From Macrostomum lignano (lineage: Eukaryota), in contig NIVC01000803.1 of the NCBI GenBank assembly GCA_002269645.1, positions 248,001 to 312,000 of the forward strand: 64,000 nucleotides of DNA. Reading direction: 5' to 3'. The position numbers and the translations under genes are program-made. The notes beneath the pieces were generated by a model, which searched no databases, had not been told where the DNA came from, and saw only the letters and a list, made by a program, of their open reading frames with translations. How positions within the stretch are numbered: the first letter of the stretch is position 1; each line of letters starts with the position of its first letter. Shown piece by piece: positions 39,306 to 52,735 of the stretch.

Positions 39306-39920
39306 GTGAGAGGAAATGATTACTAGCAACGCACGAAAATTATGTAAAGTACATGTAAACTGAAAGCGAAATTGCTCTTCCAAAATAGATGCATACTCGT
39401 AAAGAGACTGGATAGGAAAACTTTTGTTCTTAGCAAGAGTACACATGAACAATGATCTCACCTACTATATCTTCTGGATTCTCGACGAGCAGTGCAGCAT
39501 GCGTTTGTATTGTATTGAAAAATAACTATCCGAGACCTACCAAAAGGCTATCTTTACATTAATTCCTGTTCTTCCCTAGCTCCCCTATGCTTTTTGCTCT
39601 GGGTGGGTTATTGGGGGCTGAGACCCCCGATCTTTGGTACCCCTAACGCAAGAGATTGCAATGTTTTAGAGTAAACCTGATTTCGGTAGTCGAGATGAAA
39701 AAGTTATTAATTAATAGTCGTTCGAAAAGTCTATCTACATTGGTAGCTACTCGTATAAATGCATTTAATAGCGAGATCGAGCCTTCAATGTGTTTCATAA
39801 AAATTTCAATAATTTTACGTGCTTAAGGCTAAGAATGTTTAACTATTCAATGAGACAGTCACTGTTTTTGTCAGTCATCGTTCTTCATTTCCTGAAAATC
39901 TGATCTCTACCCAATCACAG

Positions 39921-40076
39921 GGCATTCAACCCGGAGACGAGATCCTTGAAGTGGACGGAGCGCCGGTGGACACGATGACGCTGCAGCAGCTGGCCGAGGC
40001 AATCAGCCAGCAGGAAACTGTAAGCCTCATCGTCAGGAATAGAAGCCAAAACCAATCGGGTACAACAGAACACTGA
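39921..40076 (+). CDS. Harmonin-homology/PDZ gene, exon 6 (C-terminal half of PDZ, stop)
   Basis: caatcacag|GGC; GIQPGDEILEVDGAPVDTMTLQQLAEAISQQETVSLIVR is a typical PDZ; TGA at 40074-40076; joined CDS is 3210 nt (1069 aa plus stop). Confidence 0.85.
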   Translation, partial: GIQPGDEILEVDGAPVDTMTLQQLAEAISQQETVSLIVRNRSQNQSGTTEH

Positions 40077-42354
40077 CCCGAACGCATTCTAAGACTGAAT
40101 TATTTTTTACCCATTGGAGCGCTCTTTTGCTTGAGTTCCTCACTGCCATGCCATCCAATTTACTCGTAAAACCACGCCGAGCCACGGTGCGGTAGCTTTT
40201 TACTGTTTGAACAGTTAGAAAATCGAACGAAAAAGATTCAAAGCAACAGCCTGTTGGATTATTGCGTTAAGTTTTATTTAACTTGAGTTAAATATACGAG
40301 CGTACGAAGTACGAACCAAAACAAATCGTTTATTGAGTGCTGCTTCCAAGCAGACAAAAGTATTATAAAACAGAATATTAATTAAGCAGTCTGAAAATTG
40401 AAATGGGCAATTTAGGGATTCTTGAAAGCAAAACGCAAAATTAAATTGAATACCTTGGCTATGCAAAACAACAGAATAAAATCTCCGTATTTGAAAAATT
40501 TTAACTAAAACAAAAATGAGGACTTGGCGTTTCTGCAAACTTTTAACAAAAAATACGATTAAAGGTGCTCAATTAGCACGACTATTAACAACTTTAAGAG
40601 CTAAATATTATAATTATTTCGTATAATATTAAATTTACACGCTACATATTGATAGTGCTCAGCTGAGACTGAGAGTCTGAGAAACGCTCGCATTATAGAA
40701 AATTTATTCTGCACCAATAGTCCATAAAGTATGCACATTCGCTATACTGACTCGTTGAATTTAATTAATTAAATCATTTTATTATAATACCGCCCGGCTG
40801 ACACAAAAAACTCACAACACTTAGGCAGTTCAGCTCTATTAAATACACCTATACTAAATCTCTAAAATCACATTTCTAACAGAAAATCCTTCAATACTAA
40901 GTAGGCAACAGATCTGCTAGACTTGGGCGTTGGGCCAGGATCGGAAAGACGGTTGGTTGGATGGGGTGAGGTTGAAGTTAAATAAAATCGATAAACTACA
41001 CCCCTCCGCCTCACACGCGTCCAGGCACGGTATGAGAGATAGGGGGGTTAGACTGGAGAGGGAGTTGAGGCGGCCAGAGAAAATCGATAAAATTTCACCC
41101 ACCTCACGCTAAGCTCCCGCTAACCACCAGGGATCGACGTAAATAAAAATGAGGATAGGAAAAGGATGGCGTGGGGTGGGGCGCGCAAAGGGGCCGACCA
41201 GAAAATTAATTGATCTGCCTTCAGACTTTGGTTTTTTGATGGTCGGATAGACCCATACAGTAGCTAACTCGTACTTGAACCGGATTTAAATTAAATGCTA
41301 ATTACTTTCATTTTATTCTATCCAGTCTTAAAGTGGTCCGTTATTGTGATAACTCTCACCGTCAGTTCAGTTTAATGGGTCTTCTGAAGCCTAGCCGAGC
41401 GGTAATATATCTTCACCTAACTACTTACATTAGTAGTTTAGTTACAGATTATGATGCATACTTTAATTAAAATGGAAAACAATATAAATGGGAAGAAGGA
41501 CAAAGTGATAGGAGCCAGTATTGTTTGCTTTTCTGCCTATGCTAGTTAAACACATCGTCAAACAAAAATGACAACAAATATAATAAATAACTGCGATGAG
41601 CAAATTGCTGCCTAGGAGTGAGCAAAGTATTGTTTTTTCATTGTTAATTCAAACACGGAACCATACTCAGGCCTTTACTCGTTTTTTAGCTTTAAAAAGC
41701 AGAAACTTAATTTGATAAACAGTTGCTGAAAATAATATACAAAAAGATTGTAAAAAGAGTACTCTTCGACCCATCGAAAAAATAGATGCAAAAATCATCA
41801 CACAGCAATAACTTGAGTTGCAGGCGGTGTTGACAAAACCGGATATACAATACATCTGTAATACCATAAACAACGGTACACGTGTATGCCTACAAATTGT
41901 GAGCTAATAAAATCGCCAGATCAATGTTGGCGCGGATAATAGATATGATTGTTATTAATTAAAATAAAATAGTAGAAAACCAAGAACTTCAGCTGCCATA
42001 AATGCTATACAAAATGTGTGCAAACGGAATATATAAATGAAATATATAATAGCCTAGTGATATAATTAGACTATACAGCAGCTGCAAGAAAATAAAAACA
42101 GCTTTTAAAATCCCTACTAGCTATTTTAAGTAGTTCGGCTAGCTATTATCGCGCCTAACCACTAATTCATGAATTTTTTTAAATTTCATCCCTGACTGAA
42201 AGCGTCCTACACATCATACCAGTGCGTATTTATAATTTACGCATGTCTAGAACTTAACAGAAAATGAAGTATTTGAAATCCAATACAAATTACAACAAAT
42301 ACCACTAAAATTAATTTTAATTTATTAAAACTAAATCAAATATGTCATACAATT

Positions 42355-42706
42355 TTCCCACCCTGCCTGTGATCCCCAGGTACTGCTCCCACCCTGCCTG
42401 TGATCCCCAGGTACTGCTCCCACCCAGACCCTGTCTGTGATTCCCAGGTACTGCTCCCACCCTGCCTGTGATCCCCAGGTACTGCTCCCACCCTGCCTGT
42501 GATCCCCAGGTACTGCTCCCACCCTGCCTGTGATCCCCAGGTACTGCTCCCACCCTGCCTGTGATCCCCAGATACTGCTCCCACCCTGCCTGTGATCCCC
42601 AGATACTGCTCCCACCCTGCCTGTGATCCCCAGATACTGCTCCCACCCTGCCTGTGATCCCCAGGTACTGCTCCCACCCTGCCTGTGATCCCCAGGTACT
42701 GCTCCC
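42355..42706. repeat. 31-bp minisatellite (CCCACCCTGCCTGTGATCCCCAGGTACTGCT)n, ~11 copies
   Basis: Period of 31 read directly. Confidence 0.95.
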
Positions 42707-43304
42707 AGCAAGCAATGCCTGTGACCTTGGCTGATAATTGACTCGCGCAAGCCGAAGCAGAAACCAGACAGACTTCAGACGGGCAAAAAACACAAACAAC
42801 AAAAGCAGCAAATGTACGAGCAAGCACATTTTAAAGCAGCGTGGGGCACAACCAGCAGTGAACTAATTTTTAAAGAGAATTCTGTTTAAGAAATATTTTC
42901 AGAAACAAATAAAATTACAGTTTACGTAAGATAATAAACAAAAGTAGGTACAAAAACACGACAAAATCAAATATTGTTGAAATACAAAGCACACTACTAG
43001 CCGCCTGGCATTGAGCTAGTAGTAGTCGGAGAAATAGTAGTGGCAGCCGTGAATCACGTCCATCGAGGGACGGCAGTAGCAGCGAACCGGCGAATCGGAC
43101 GTGTAGCCGCTGAAAATTTCAATTTTGTCAGGCATTAAATAGTGTGTACTCTTGATTTCACTTGATTACTCTTGATGGACTTTTGACTTCTTTTAAAGTA
43201 ATCTAGGAGTTCAATGCTTAAGAGTATACAGAGATAATATCGAGGATAACTACAAGCTAATACAAGATATCGGGTTCTGCGAGTGTTAGTTACACAATTG
43301 AGGG

Positions 43305-44130
43305 ATCTGAGAGTGTTGGGGACTCAATCAGTGGGATCTGGGACTTTTGGGGGACTCAGTGGGATCTGAGACTTTTGGGGGACTCAGTGGGATCTGGGAC
43401 TTTTGGGGGACTCAGTGGGATCTGGGACTTATGGGGGACTCAGTAGGATCTGAAGATGCTGGGGACTCAATCAGTGGGATCTGGATGTATTGGGGACTCA
43501 ATCAGTGGGATCTGGATGCATTGGGGACTCAATCAGTGGGATCTGGATGTATTGGGGACTCAATTAGTGGGATCTGGATGTATTGGGGACTCAATTAGTG
43601 GGATCTGGATGTATTGGGGACTCAATTAGTGGGATCTGGATGTATTGGGGACTCAATTAGTGGGATCTGGATGTATTGGGGACTCAATTAGTGGGATCTG
43701 GATGTATTGGGGACTCAATTAGTGGGATCTGGATGTATTGGGGACTCAATTAGTGGGATCTGGATGTATTGGGGACTCAATTAGTGGGATCTGGATGTAT
43801 TGGGGACTCAATCAGTGGGATCTGGATGTATTGGGGACTCAATTAGTGGGATCTGGATGTATTGGGGACTCAATTAGTGGGATCTGGATGTATTGGGGAC
43901 TCAATTAGTGGGATCTGGATGTATTGGGGACTCAATTAGTGGGATCTGGATGTATTGGGGACTCAATTAGTGGGATCTGGATGTATTGGGGACTCAATTA
44001 GTGGGATCTGGATGTATTGGGGACTCAATTAGTGGGATCTGGATACATTGGGGACTCAATCAGTGGGATCTGGGATCTAGGACTTTTGGGGACTCAATCA
44101 GTGGGATCTGAAAGTGCTTGGGACTCAATT
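43305..44130. repeat. 31-bp minisatellite (GGGGACTCAATTAGTGGGATCTGGATGTATT)n
   Basis: Period of 31 in the centre; shorter variants at the edges. Confidence 0.95.
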
Positions 44131-44223
44131 GATCTGATGCGGGAGTGTCGCAGCCCAAGACGCGCATTAAACGCATACAGCAAGCTGAGAGGACAAACTT
44201 AGCATTGCGTATTAGATATGTTT

Positions 44224-44556
44224 TTACCCAGCAGTTGAGCTGGCAGTGCTAATAGCGCACATGCCAATGTCAGCGATGGAGGTTGTGCACCGATAGTCAG
44301 GTAAGGCGGCGGCGGCGGCTGGCTCAGCCTCATGCAGCTCCATCGGAGCATCGGCAGGTGCAGCAGCCAGGCCCAGCTCGCCGGCATGACCATTGTTATT
44401 ATTGTTATTCTGGCACACATTCCATGCAGGAAATGCGCAGTTCTGCGGCTGCTGCTGTTGCTGCTGCTGGCAAGGCTGGAAGCAGCCAAATGGCAGCGGC
44501 TCGGCGTCGCCGCTGGCGCTGGTGGCGATGCAGAATCGCTTGGCCTCAACCGAGTG
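44224..44556 (-). CDS. Orphan 134-aa protein, exon 2
   Basis: ctactaacag|CAC TCG GTT GAG GCC AAG CGA TTC...GGG TAA; 111 codons in frame with exon 1; GC-rich with poly-Q/N/A like the other exons here. Confidence 0.65.
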   Translation of the reverse strand, partial: HSVEAKRFCIATSASGDAEPLPFGCFQPCQQQQQQQPQNCAFPAWNVCQNNNNNNGHAGELGLAAAPADAPMELHEAEPAAAAALPDYRCTTSIADIGMCAISTASSTAG

Positions 44557-44652
44557 CTGTTAGTAGTATATGTAAAATGTAGGATATTAAAATATGCAGA
44601 GTGAAATGATTACTACTATATAATACTGCAGGGCAAAGCTGAGAAATCTCAC

Positions 44653-44724
44653 CTCGTCAACTGTCATGCACTTGCGCTTGGCAGAAGAGAAGTTGTAGAA
44701 CTGGTCATTGTTGTAGCCAGGCAT
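44653..44724 (-). CDS. Orphan 134-aa protein, exon 1
   Basis: ATG CCT GGC...GAC GAG|gtgaga; MPGYNNDQFYNFSSAKRKCMTVDE; 96-nt GT-AG intron, phase 0. Confidence 0.65.
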
Positions 44725-45619
44725 TTTGTTGGCAGTTGGCTGCAGTTTAGACACAGTTAGTATTGAATAAGAAATATGGAAATTAAACATTCGATTTTGA
44801 AAGGCTTATTGCAGTATCATAGTTTTAGGCATAGAATACCCAACAGAATCATGATTGTCATGAAATCCATCGAGGGATGAGAATACAAACTGCATGAGAA
44901 TACAAACAAAAAGGCAAAGCACAAATATCTGGATTTCCTATTGATATATAAGTACAAGCTATGTACGCTTGTATATTTCATAGTCTAGGTCATGCTAAGC
45001 TCATGCCAGAAGAAAATTTCAGCTATTCCTAGATTTAAACCACTCATGCCAAATAAATAAATGTCACCAAAATTTTATACTAGATGCAATGTGAAAACAG
45101 AAAAATAACATAAAATAATTTAAAGCAAAATAGTTAATTAAAAATTAAAAATTAAAAACATGACTTTTGTTAAAAATAGTACTTTTGGACATGGCTGCCA
45201 TATAGACTTATATACTTGGAAAAACAGCCAAGCCTAGCTAGGGCAATGTCAATATCCAGCTTAGATCTGATCTGAATATTAAGTATGCATGGCCTTATTG
45301 TATTATTTGAACTTATAGAATATTGCAAAACTACTTATAACTTATAAAACTTTGATTGTGAAACAACTATTGAGAATAGTGGCACCATAAAATTTAAAGA
45401 CAATTTTGTTTTATTTAATTATTTCTGCATGCTATAACAGCACTAAAAAAGAAAATTTCATTAATCTAGCAAAACAAGTTTATTAACAATTTAGTAGGCA
45501 TAGAAGAAACCTGTCAGGAAATAATTGTCCCTTAACTATGTCAAATGGCACATGAAAAAGAAATCACAACTAACAGCACAAACCTGTTAGTTGTGATTGA
45601 GACCTGAATCTGTGCTATG

Positions 45620-46010
45620 CTGTGCTGGCTCAGACTGCCACAGGGTGGAGCTCAAGGTCACAAATGCAAATGTGAAGAACATATTGAAGGGTGTGCAACG
45701 AGGACTGTTACAGTGGGAGATAACATGCAAGTTTGATATCAGCCAAGCTTATTTTGGGAAAAAATCCTTCAGGAAAATTGCCAGAAAGCTTTTAAGAAGG
45801 AGAAGTACCAGAAGTTACTTATCAGCAATGAGAGAGATAGCAGGTGCATGTTGCCAGACTGTACCAAACCATCTTGGATAGACGTGGAGGCAACAGCTTC
45901 TATTATGCCACCGCACATAGTGATGCTCCTGTTGAGAAGTGCATTTCACCTCAGAAGAAGTTTGGCAACAAGATTGAGCATCATGGAATATATAAGTCAA
46001 CAAGGAAGAG
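45620..46010 (+). pseudogene. Decayed Tc1/mariner-like transposase fragment
   Basis: Frame-broken peptides ILKGVQRGLLQWEITCKFDISQAY (HTH-like) and ARLYQTILD..GGNSFYYATAHSDAPVEKCISPQKKFGNKI resemble invertebrate Tc1-type transposases as remembered; not verified by search. Confidence 0.4.
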
Positions 46011-49000
46011 AGATTGACATATTAAAATTAAATGATTACAATAATGATATATTCTAAATTGATGCAATTATTGTTTATTGGTTTTTATATTTTTTTAGTT
46101 TATTAGTTAATTAGTTTACTTTAATCTACTTTAATCATGAGAACTTATTACTTTGTCAGTCAGGTACTTAGACCTTAAATTCTAAACAAACTTAGAAAAC
46201 AAATTTATTCTTGCAATTTATGCAATTTCCTAAATTCTGTATTTCAAATATTTTTTTTTATTTAGCCTAGTAACTTGGAAACATTTTACTATATAACTAA
46301 ATGACTTTCCAGATTTATATAGCTTGATTGCCCATTTGAAATTGTTATATGCTATGACTGTTAAAAAGCTAGTTATAAATGCTCTTCTACCATATTGCCA
46401 AAGAAAGACATACTTCTTTCTGTTATGAATGATGCAATGGTTATGCTTAATCTTGGAGCAAATCCAAGTATCCAACAAAGGTTAAATGTCATCTAATAAA
46501 GACAACTAGAAAGGTGATAACTGGACAAGATTCCCAGAATCCTTGTTTACAGCTAAAGGACTTTAGACTCAATGACAATGACAGTCAGTTTAGATATTGT
46601 TTTTCAGTTTAGCAAAGTACTAGGTACGAAAAATTCTAATCAGTAGAATAAAAGGCAACATTTCAATGTACATCTAGAATTACTATCATTTGATATTAAC
46701 AAAAGAAAATAAGTTAACAATTGCAGAATACCATTGTTTCTGACTATTATTATTTATGGAAATGGAATTAGTCAAGTAGTTGCTATCATTCTAATAGCAA
46801 ATAAATAGACAAATAAAGTTTGTAGATTTATTAATTAATTCAGATTTAGATTGTTAACAAAGACCCTTTAACAATTATAGTACTTTTTAAGGTTTTTCAA
46901 GTATTATGATTAAAAGAATTTAAATGCTATAAGGTCTTGCTTCTTGTTGTTTTAACTTTAAAGTATATTATAGCTACCAATAGCTACCAATATCTCTAGA
47001 CTCATGTCACATGGTTTTTATATGAAGAATATAATTATGCACCATGTCTGAGTATAAATCTATTTAATATTAACCATAAAAGCACCATGCAGCCTTTATT
47101 GACATAGCTACTATCTTTAATGTGGTATGCATTCTAAATTGGCAATACCTAGCATTAGCACTAAAACCTATTTTTAATAGCTATGGATCTGGAAATTCCT
47201 TTGCAGGCACTTTGGAAGTTTGAATTTCTACTTTACCAGTGCTCACTACCCAAAAGTGAGAAAGAAAACATTTGCCAGCTTATTAAAACTTTGTTGGCAA
47301 AGCTTTTTGAAAATGGACAACTAGTCATAATGAAAGACTTGCAAAATTTGCAAGTTAATCTAGTATTAGCATTGGCTAGGATGATTTATCTAGAATTATT
47401 GAGCATCTTTCCCCTATTGGAATAAGTGGTATTTTCGCGGACGGCGTCCGGCGCACTTTTTCTTTTTCCTCATAGTCATGGCGCATGGCGCGCTACGCGC
47501 GCCATGCGCCATGACGCACAGCAGCTCACAGGTAAGATGCAAGGAGGACATCACGCGCTACATACAGCGCTGCTGAACAAGGATGAGAAGCATGCACAGG
47601 AGAAAGTCAGCAGCACGGTGGAAATTCAGCAAACTGTAAGTAAAACTTGTCTTTCTAATTTCTATAACTTTGATAATATTGCTATGGGCTATAGTATAGC
47701 ATATCTCCTATCATATGTATTGATTGCTGTGTCATCTAGAATATGCATGCAAGTTAATCGTAAAATTGGAAATTGTAGTTGAAAGATCGCAGCAGAAATG
47801 TTCTTTATTGCCTCATAAACATTATAACATAGTGCCAAATGCTAATTGCTCTTAATGTTCTCTTATAACGCAGTTGCAAGAAATAAAAAAGTAAACTAAA
47901 TTCTATTAAAAGTCTCAACAAATTTTCTGCTTTGTTTAATTATCTTTTTGATTGGTTGCGCGTACATTTATTTATGCTGACATTTAAATGTGAAAATATT
48001 CTTCGAAACACCATGCTAAATAGTTATCAGATTTGATAACCCGACCCGAGCCAAAGTGCTACAACTACTACTGAAAAAGTGTGTGGATAAGGCAAAGACA
48101 ATTTTGTTTGTTCGTGAACTCTGTGTTGTTCATCACGGAGTTTCTTCATTTTGTATTAACTGATTAGCCAAATTGAAGTAAAGGGTTTCAGTGTTCGTAA
48201 TTATTTTAAGTACTCACTGATGCAATTGCCACACTATTTACATTATTTATTTTTCTTTGAATAGACCAACAATGTAACTTTGTAAGTCAAAAGACGAGTA
48301 GACTAAGAATTAAGAAATAGATACAACTACAACAGAAGGGGGCAGAAGTACAGTACAGAACAGAGTGCAGTAAAACACAAGTGCGGTAAAACACACAACT
48401 TTCTCTCAATCTCTTTAAATCTCTCAAAAACGAGTGATGCATCATCAGAATGAACATGATAGAGACTGGAGTCATGCACAATATCACCTAAACCTAGAGT
48501 GCTATGGCACCCTAGGATTTGAAGATTTGAATGACACATCGTCCATACCACCTTAGGATTTGAAGATTGTCATGACGCACCGTCCAGGCCACTTTATGAT
48601 TGCCATGGCGCACTAGATGCACTGTCCACAGTGTCTGAAAACTTATTCCAATAGGGCATCTTTCTAAAAAAGGAATTGTGTATCTTCTTGGTAATAGTGA
48701 CAATAACAAAGTTAGATCATCCTATGGAAATCCTATCATCCTATCATTGATAGATCGTCAATGGAAATAGCAAGATGTTGATAGTCAAAACTTAGGTAAT
48801 GAAATCTAAGAACTTTCCAACAGATAAAACCAAGGTCAAGTCAAAATAGGTCAAGTCAAATATTTTGTTAAACAAGAAGCCTTCTTAAAGTATTTTGAAG
48901 TCAAATGTATCTTATATAGGTTTCATGTTTTTTAAACATTTAATTATAGTAAAAACCATTTTTAATATAGATCTATAAGTGATGAGGTTCTCAAAATCCT

Positions 49001-51297
49001 TAAAAATATGATAGACACCAAGCAAGACAAACTATAAGCAAGGCATTTTTCTACTAATTTGGCCCTAAATAAGTACCAGTGTCAATGGGTCTAATGCTTT
49101 GTTTAAAAACTTCATTCAATACATTATACAACTTATCATATAGAAAGCTTAAACCAGAAGTTAAAGCAAATAATCCACTGCAAAATTTTGATAGACTTTG
49201 TCAATAAGGAAGTTTTGTGGAAGCTAGAAGAACAAATATACTTGCAATCTAAAGGTTAAAGTATATGTGATGCAAAATATACCTGTTTATAGCTGACAAT
49301 ATAGATGAATTTATGAAATTGCTAACTTTTTATAGCTCTTGGCTTGTAATTTATCAGCTGCTAATTGCTAATAGCATTGATAATAGGGATAAAGCTAGCC
49401 ACTATAAGTATAGAATTAGTCATTGACTCTTAATTAGAAATATAGCTACTATTTCCTCTATAAGTTTTTGTATTATAGACAAAGCTACTATATCTAAATA
49501 GGCCTAGGCCTATAACATTTATAAAAGCAATAAAAGCCTTGTTTTTTTATTTAATTTCTCAATTATAAATTTTTTAAAAGATAAATATTGTATTTTGAAA
49601 CTATTTTTATAACTTGTATTGGCTGCATAGATTTTTCAAACTTATCCTAATAAGAGACAGTCTATAATAATACATGCTTGGGCGCAACCTTGGGATCCAC
49701 TTAGCCATTTCTATTGGCAACACATACATGTATATTGCTATTGGACAGAATAGTAATCATGTGACTACTCTTAGCCAATAGTGCAATTTTACAAAATTAC
49801 AAATTACGAATTTTAAAAAATTCCCTCATATAACTTTGTCAGCTAAGTTTTATTAGTAGCCATAAGTGGCCACACTGTATCTCAATATATGCAATTATAA
49901 ATATAAAGACTAAAGACATTATATCTCTATATATGTATATATATTTACTTACATATATTTGCCCTCCCCTTTTTACATGTTGAAAAAGTTGACATTGCAT
50001 ATATAGTCATTAAGAAATATAAATGTATAAGAAAGGTTGCAATAAGGTCAATGCTCATTTAAATATATATTAAATTAAAACAAGTTGTCTTATGACTCTT
50101 ACTATTAGTATTAACAAATACAATGAAATAAAAAGCACCATGCAAATATGCATCTATAAAATAAAATTACAACACTACACAAGCACTAATCTATGTAAAG
50201 CATGCATTTGGATGACAATTATACTTTTGTTATAGTGATAAGTTAAACCTTATTAATACCAGAAAAACAAATTTACTTGTTATTTATATAGTTCGGGCTA
50301 AAAATGCAAACTTCCGAAGGGCATAGCAATGACCCCAAAGAATACTTTTTTGGACTCTTTTCGTTTTTAAAAATAATCTCGTTTCTAAGAACTCTTTTCG
50401 TTTCGTTTTAACTGCAATCTTAACTTTATATTTTAATTTTTGCATAAACAATGAATACACAAATAACCATGGGTTTGTATAACCATGCATTCGCCTTCGT
50501 CTTTTTTAAATTTCATTATATTTTTTAGACTGCAATCTGCATGTATATTGGATAGGCCTACTCAGATAACCGAATTCGTCAACAGTGCCTATTAAGGTAG
50601 TTCGTCAATTGTCAACTCGGTGGCACCCTATAGTTAGGCCTATACGTCAGACATTATTAGAAAGACATTACAACAATAAAGAACCCTTTCTTGCATCAAA
50701 AAACCGTTGGTTCGTTACTATAATGGCAAATATGATTATCTGATTGAGTGGTGCGAGCTAGTGGATGGTGAATCGGTGATGGCGCTTGAATGACTCCAAA
50801 GCTTAAATTCCAATGAAATCTCTATGCGGTGCTATTATACGTATGCGTCTTAAAAAGAAAACCTTTGGCTTGAACGGGCCAGTACCTAGGGAACGTAACC
50901 AATCACGAGCGCGCAACCACACACTGCATTTAGGATTAGGCCTACTATACGATCGAGCTACCCGCGGCACAAAAAACCTTCCCTTTCACAGTTTGAATGA
51001 AATACATTTCTTACGGTAAGAAAAACAAAAAATAACGTAATTAGAAATAGTAAGAGAAAACTAAATTACCAGATATTACTGAGGATACCATTTCTTTAAA
51101 TGAATTTCGATTTACATAAAAAACAAAGTTATTGACTACGCTGTAAACGACAACGTCACAACTGGCTCTGTGCCAGTCAGGAAGGTGTTCAGTGTATGCC
51201 AGTTAAGGCAAAATTTTAGAAAATGAAAGCTAAGAGATACAATTAGGCCTAATGCAGCTTTGAACTAGGTAGGCCCAGAGTAAACCTATTGCTTGAT

Positions 51298-51478
51298 ACA
51301 GTGGTGCAACCAAGGGTGTGGGCGGTGGGGGGGCGACGGCCCTTAGGCGGAGACCGGAAAAAAATCAAAGGGGGGACCAAGCGAATTTTCGCCAAAAACA
51401 GAGTCACTCGTCTGCCCCTCCTCCCGGGTCTTTCCCTCCAGAATCCGGCCCCCCTCAAAAAATTTCTGGTTGCGCTAT
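51298..51478. mobile_element. hAT-like MITE (CAGTGGTGCAACC...GGTTGCGCTATT)
   Basis: Imperfect TIRs; internal GACCAAGCGAATTTTCGCCAAAA is shared, inverted, with about 51605-51650. Confidence 0.5.
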
Positions 51479-51534
51479 TAACTGGCTTATAGCTTTGTAA
51501 GCTGTATAATAGCTGTATAGCTACCATGCCGCAA

Positions 51535-52017
51535 TCAGAAATTTGGTGAGGTCGAGGGTGTATTCTGGAAGATGGTTAAGAGACAAGGATGCGGAGTGGC
51601 GGTCGGGACTGCATTTTGGCGAAAATTGGCTTGGTCCACTAGCATTTTTTCTGGGTCTCCTCTGTTGAGGGCCTGATCGGGGGAACTTTGGGAGTGCCTG
51701 CGACGCCTAAAGGAAATTGCCTTCGGCGCTAAAACGAGTGACTGCGGCGCTAAAAGGAGTGACTGCGGCGCTAAAAGGAGTGCCTGCGGCGCTAAAAGGA
51801 ATGCCTGCGGCGCCAAAGTGAGTGCCTGCTGCGCCAAAAAGTACCTGCGGCGCCAAAATGAGTGCCTGCGGCGCTAAAAGGAGTACCTGCGGCGCCAAAA
51901 TGAGCGCTGAGAACACGATTATTAAAGTAACGAAAATGTAGGAATTTAGTCATGTATACATGTACATCTTGAATTCTTGGCTGTCCCCCCACCAAAAAAT
52001 CCATGGCGACGCCCCTT
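51535..52017 (-). mobile_element. hAT-like MITE family member with an expanded internal 21-bp repeat (~9 units, 51720-51905)
   Basis: Right end TGGCGACGCCCCT and the adjacent ~120 bp are the reverse complement of the left part of the 52736-52912 MITE; the other TIR was not found. Confidence 0.65.
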
Positions 52018-52735
52018 AAACGGGGTGCCGTGCAGTGACGCGATCAGCTCAGTCAAGGAGACCGCTGAGAATATATGATTCGGGTCCACAGGAGAGTTGC
52101 TCGGGCCACCTAATTGGAGATCACGATGAGACTGCCTCACAAAGATGCCAGGCTCAAAGGATGGGTTGAATTGATATACCAGGTATTACCAGCAGGGTAT
52201 ACCATACCAGATCCACGGCTTCTCGAGACCAGAACAAACTACCATCATCCGCCGGCACAAACTACCCATCAGGCAAGGGTCGAACATTCGTGGGCATGCC
52301 CAGCGGACGTGCTGTCGTTTCCAGACTTGCGCTGACACTCACCACAGACAGCTAGATAATACATGTATGATTATGTATGATCGAGTTAAGGCGCTGAATC
52401 ACACTCCAAAAGCCTATAGGATTCCCCGAATTCCCGTTGGGTCTGACTGGCAGGATACCTCTGGGGCTTATGCCTTATAGTTGGCCCTTGGATCTAGCTT
52501 TTGGGGCACGAGGCCTGACCAGGTGCATGTCAACAACAAGTGGGCAGCTTTAGGCTAACTCAAGCTATGACTCTGCACTCTCTCCTCACCAGCCTACCAT
52601 ACAAGCTGGGCCAATCGCATGACGCAAATTGCATCACCCATAGTTAAGATGACAACCGCGGACTGGAATTTTAATTTGGGGCTGAGAAAGTTGATCACTG
52701 CATGGTTTCGGGGTGGAAACTACATGCATGTAACA

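Noticed and set aside
48555-48590. TTAGGATTTGAAGATTGTCAT resembling a monomer of the 22-bp satellite at 2594
   Set aside because: A single AT-rich match with two indels that could be chance.
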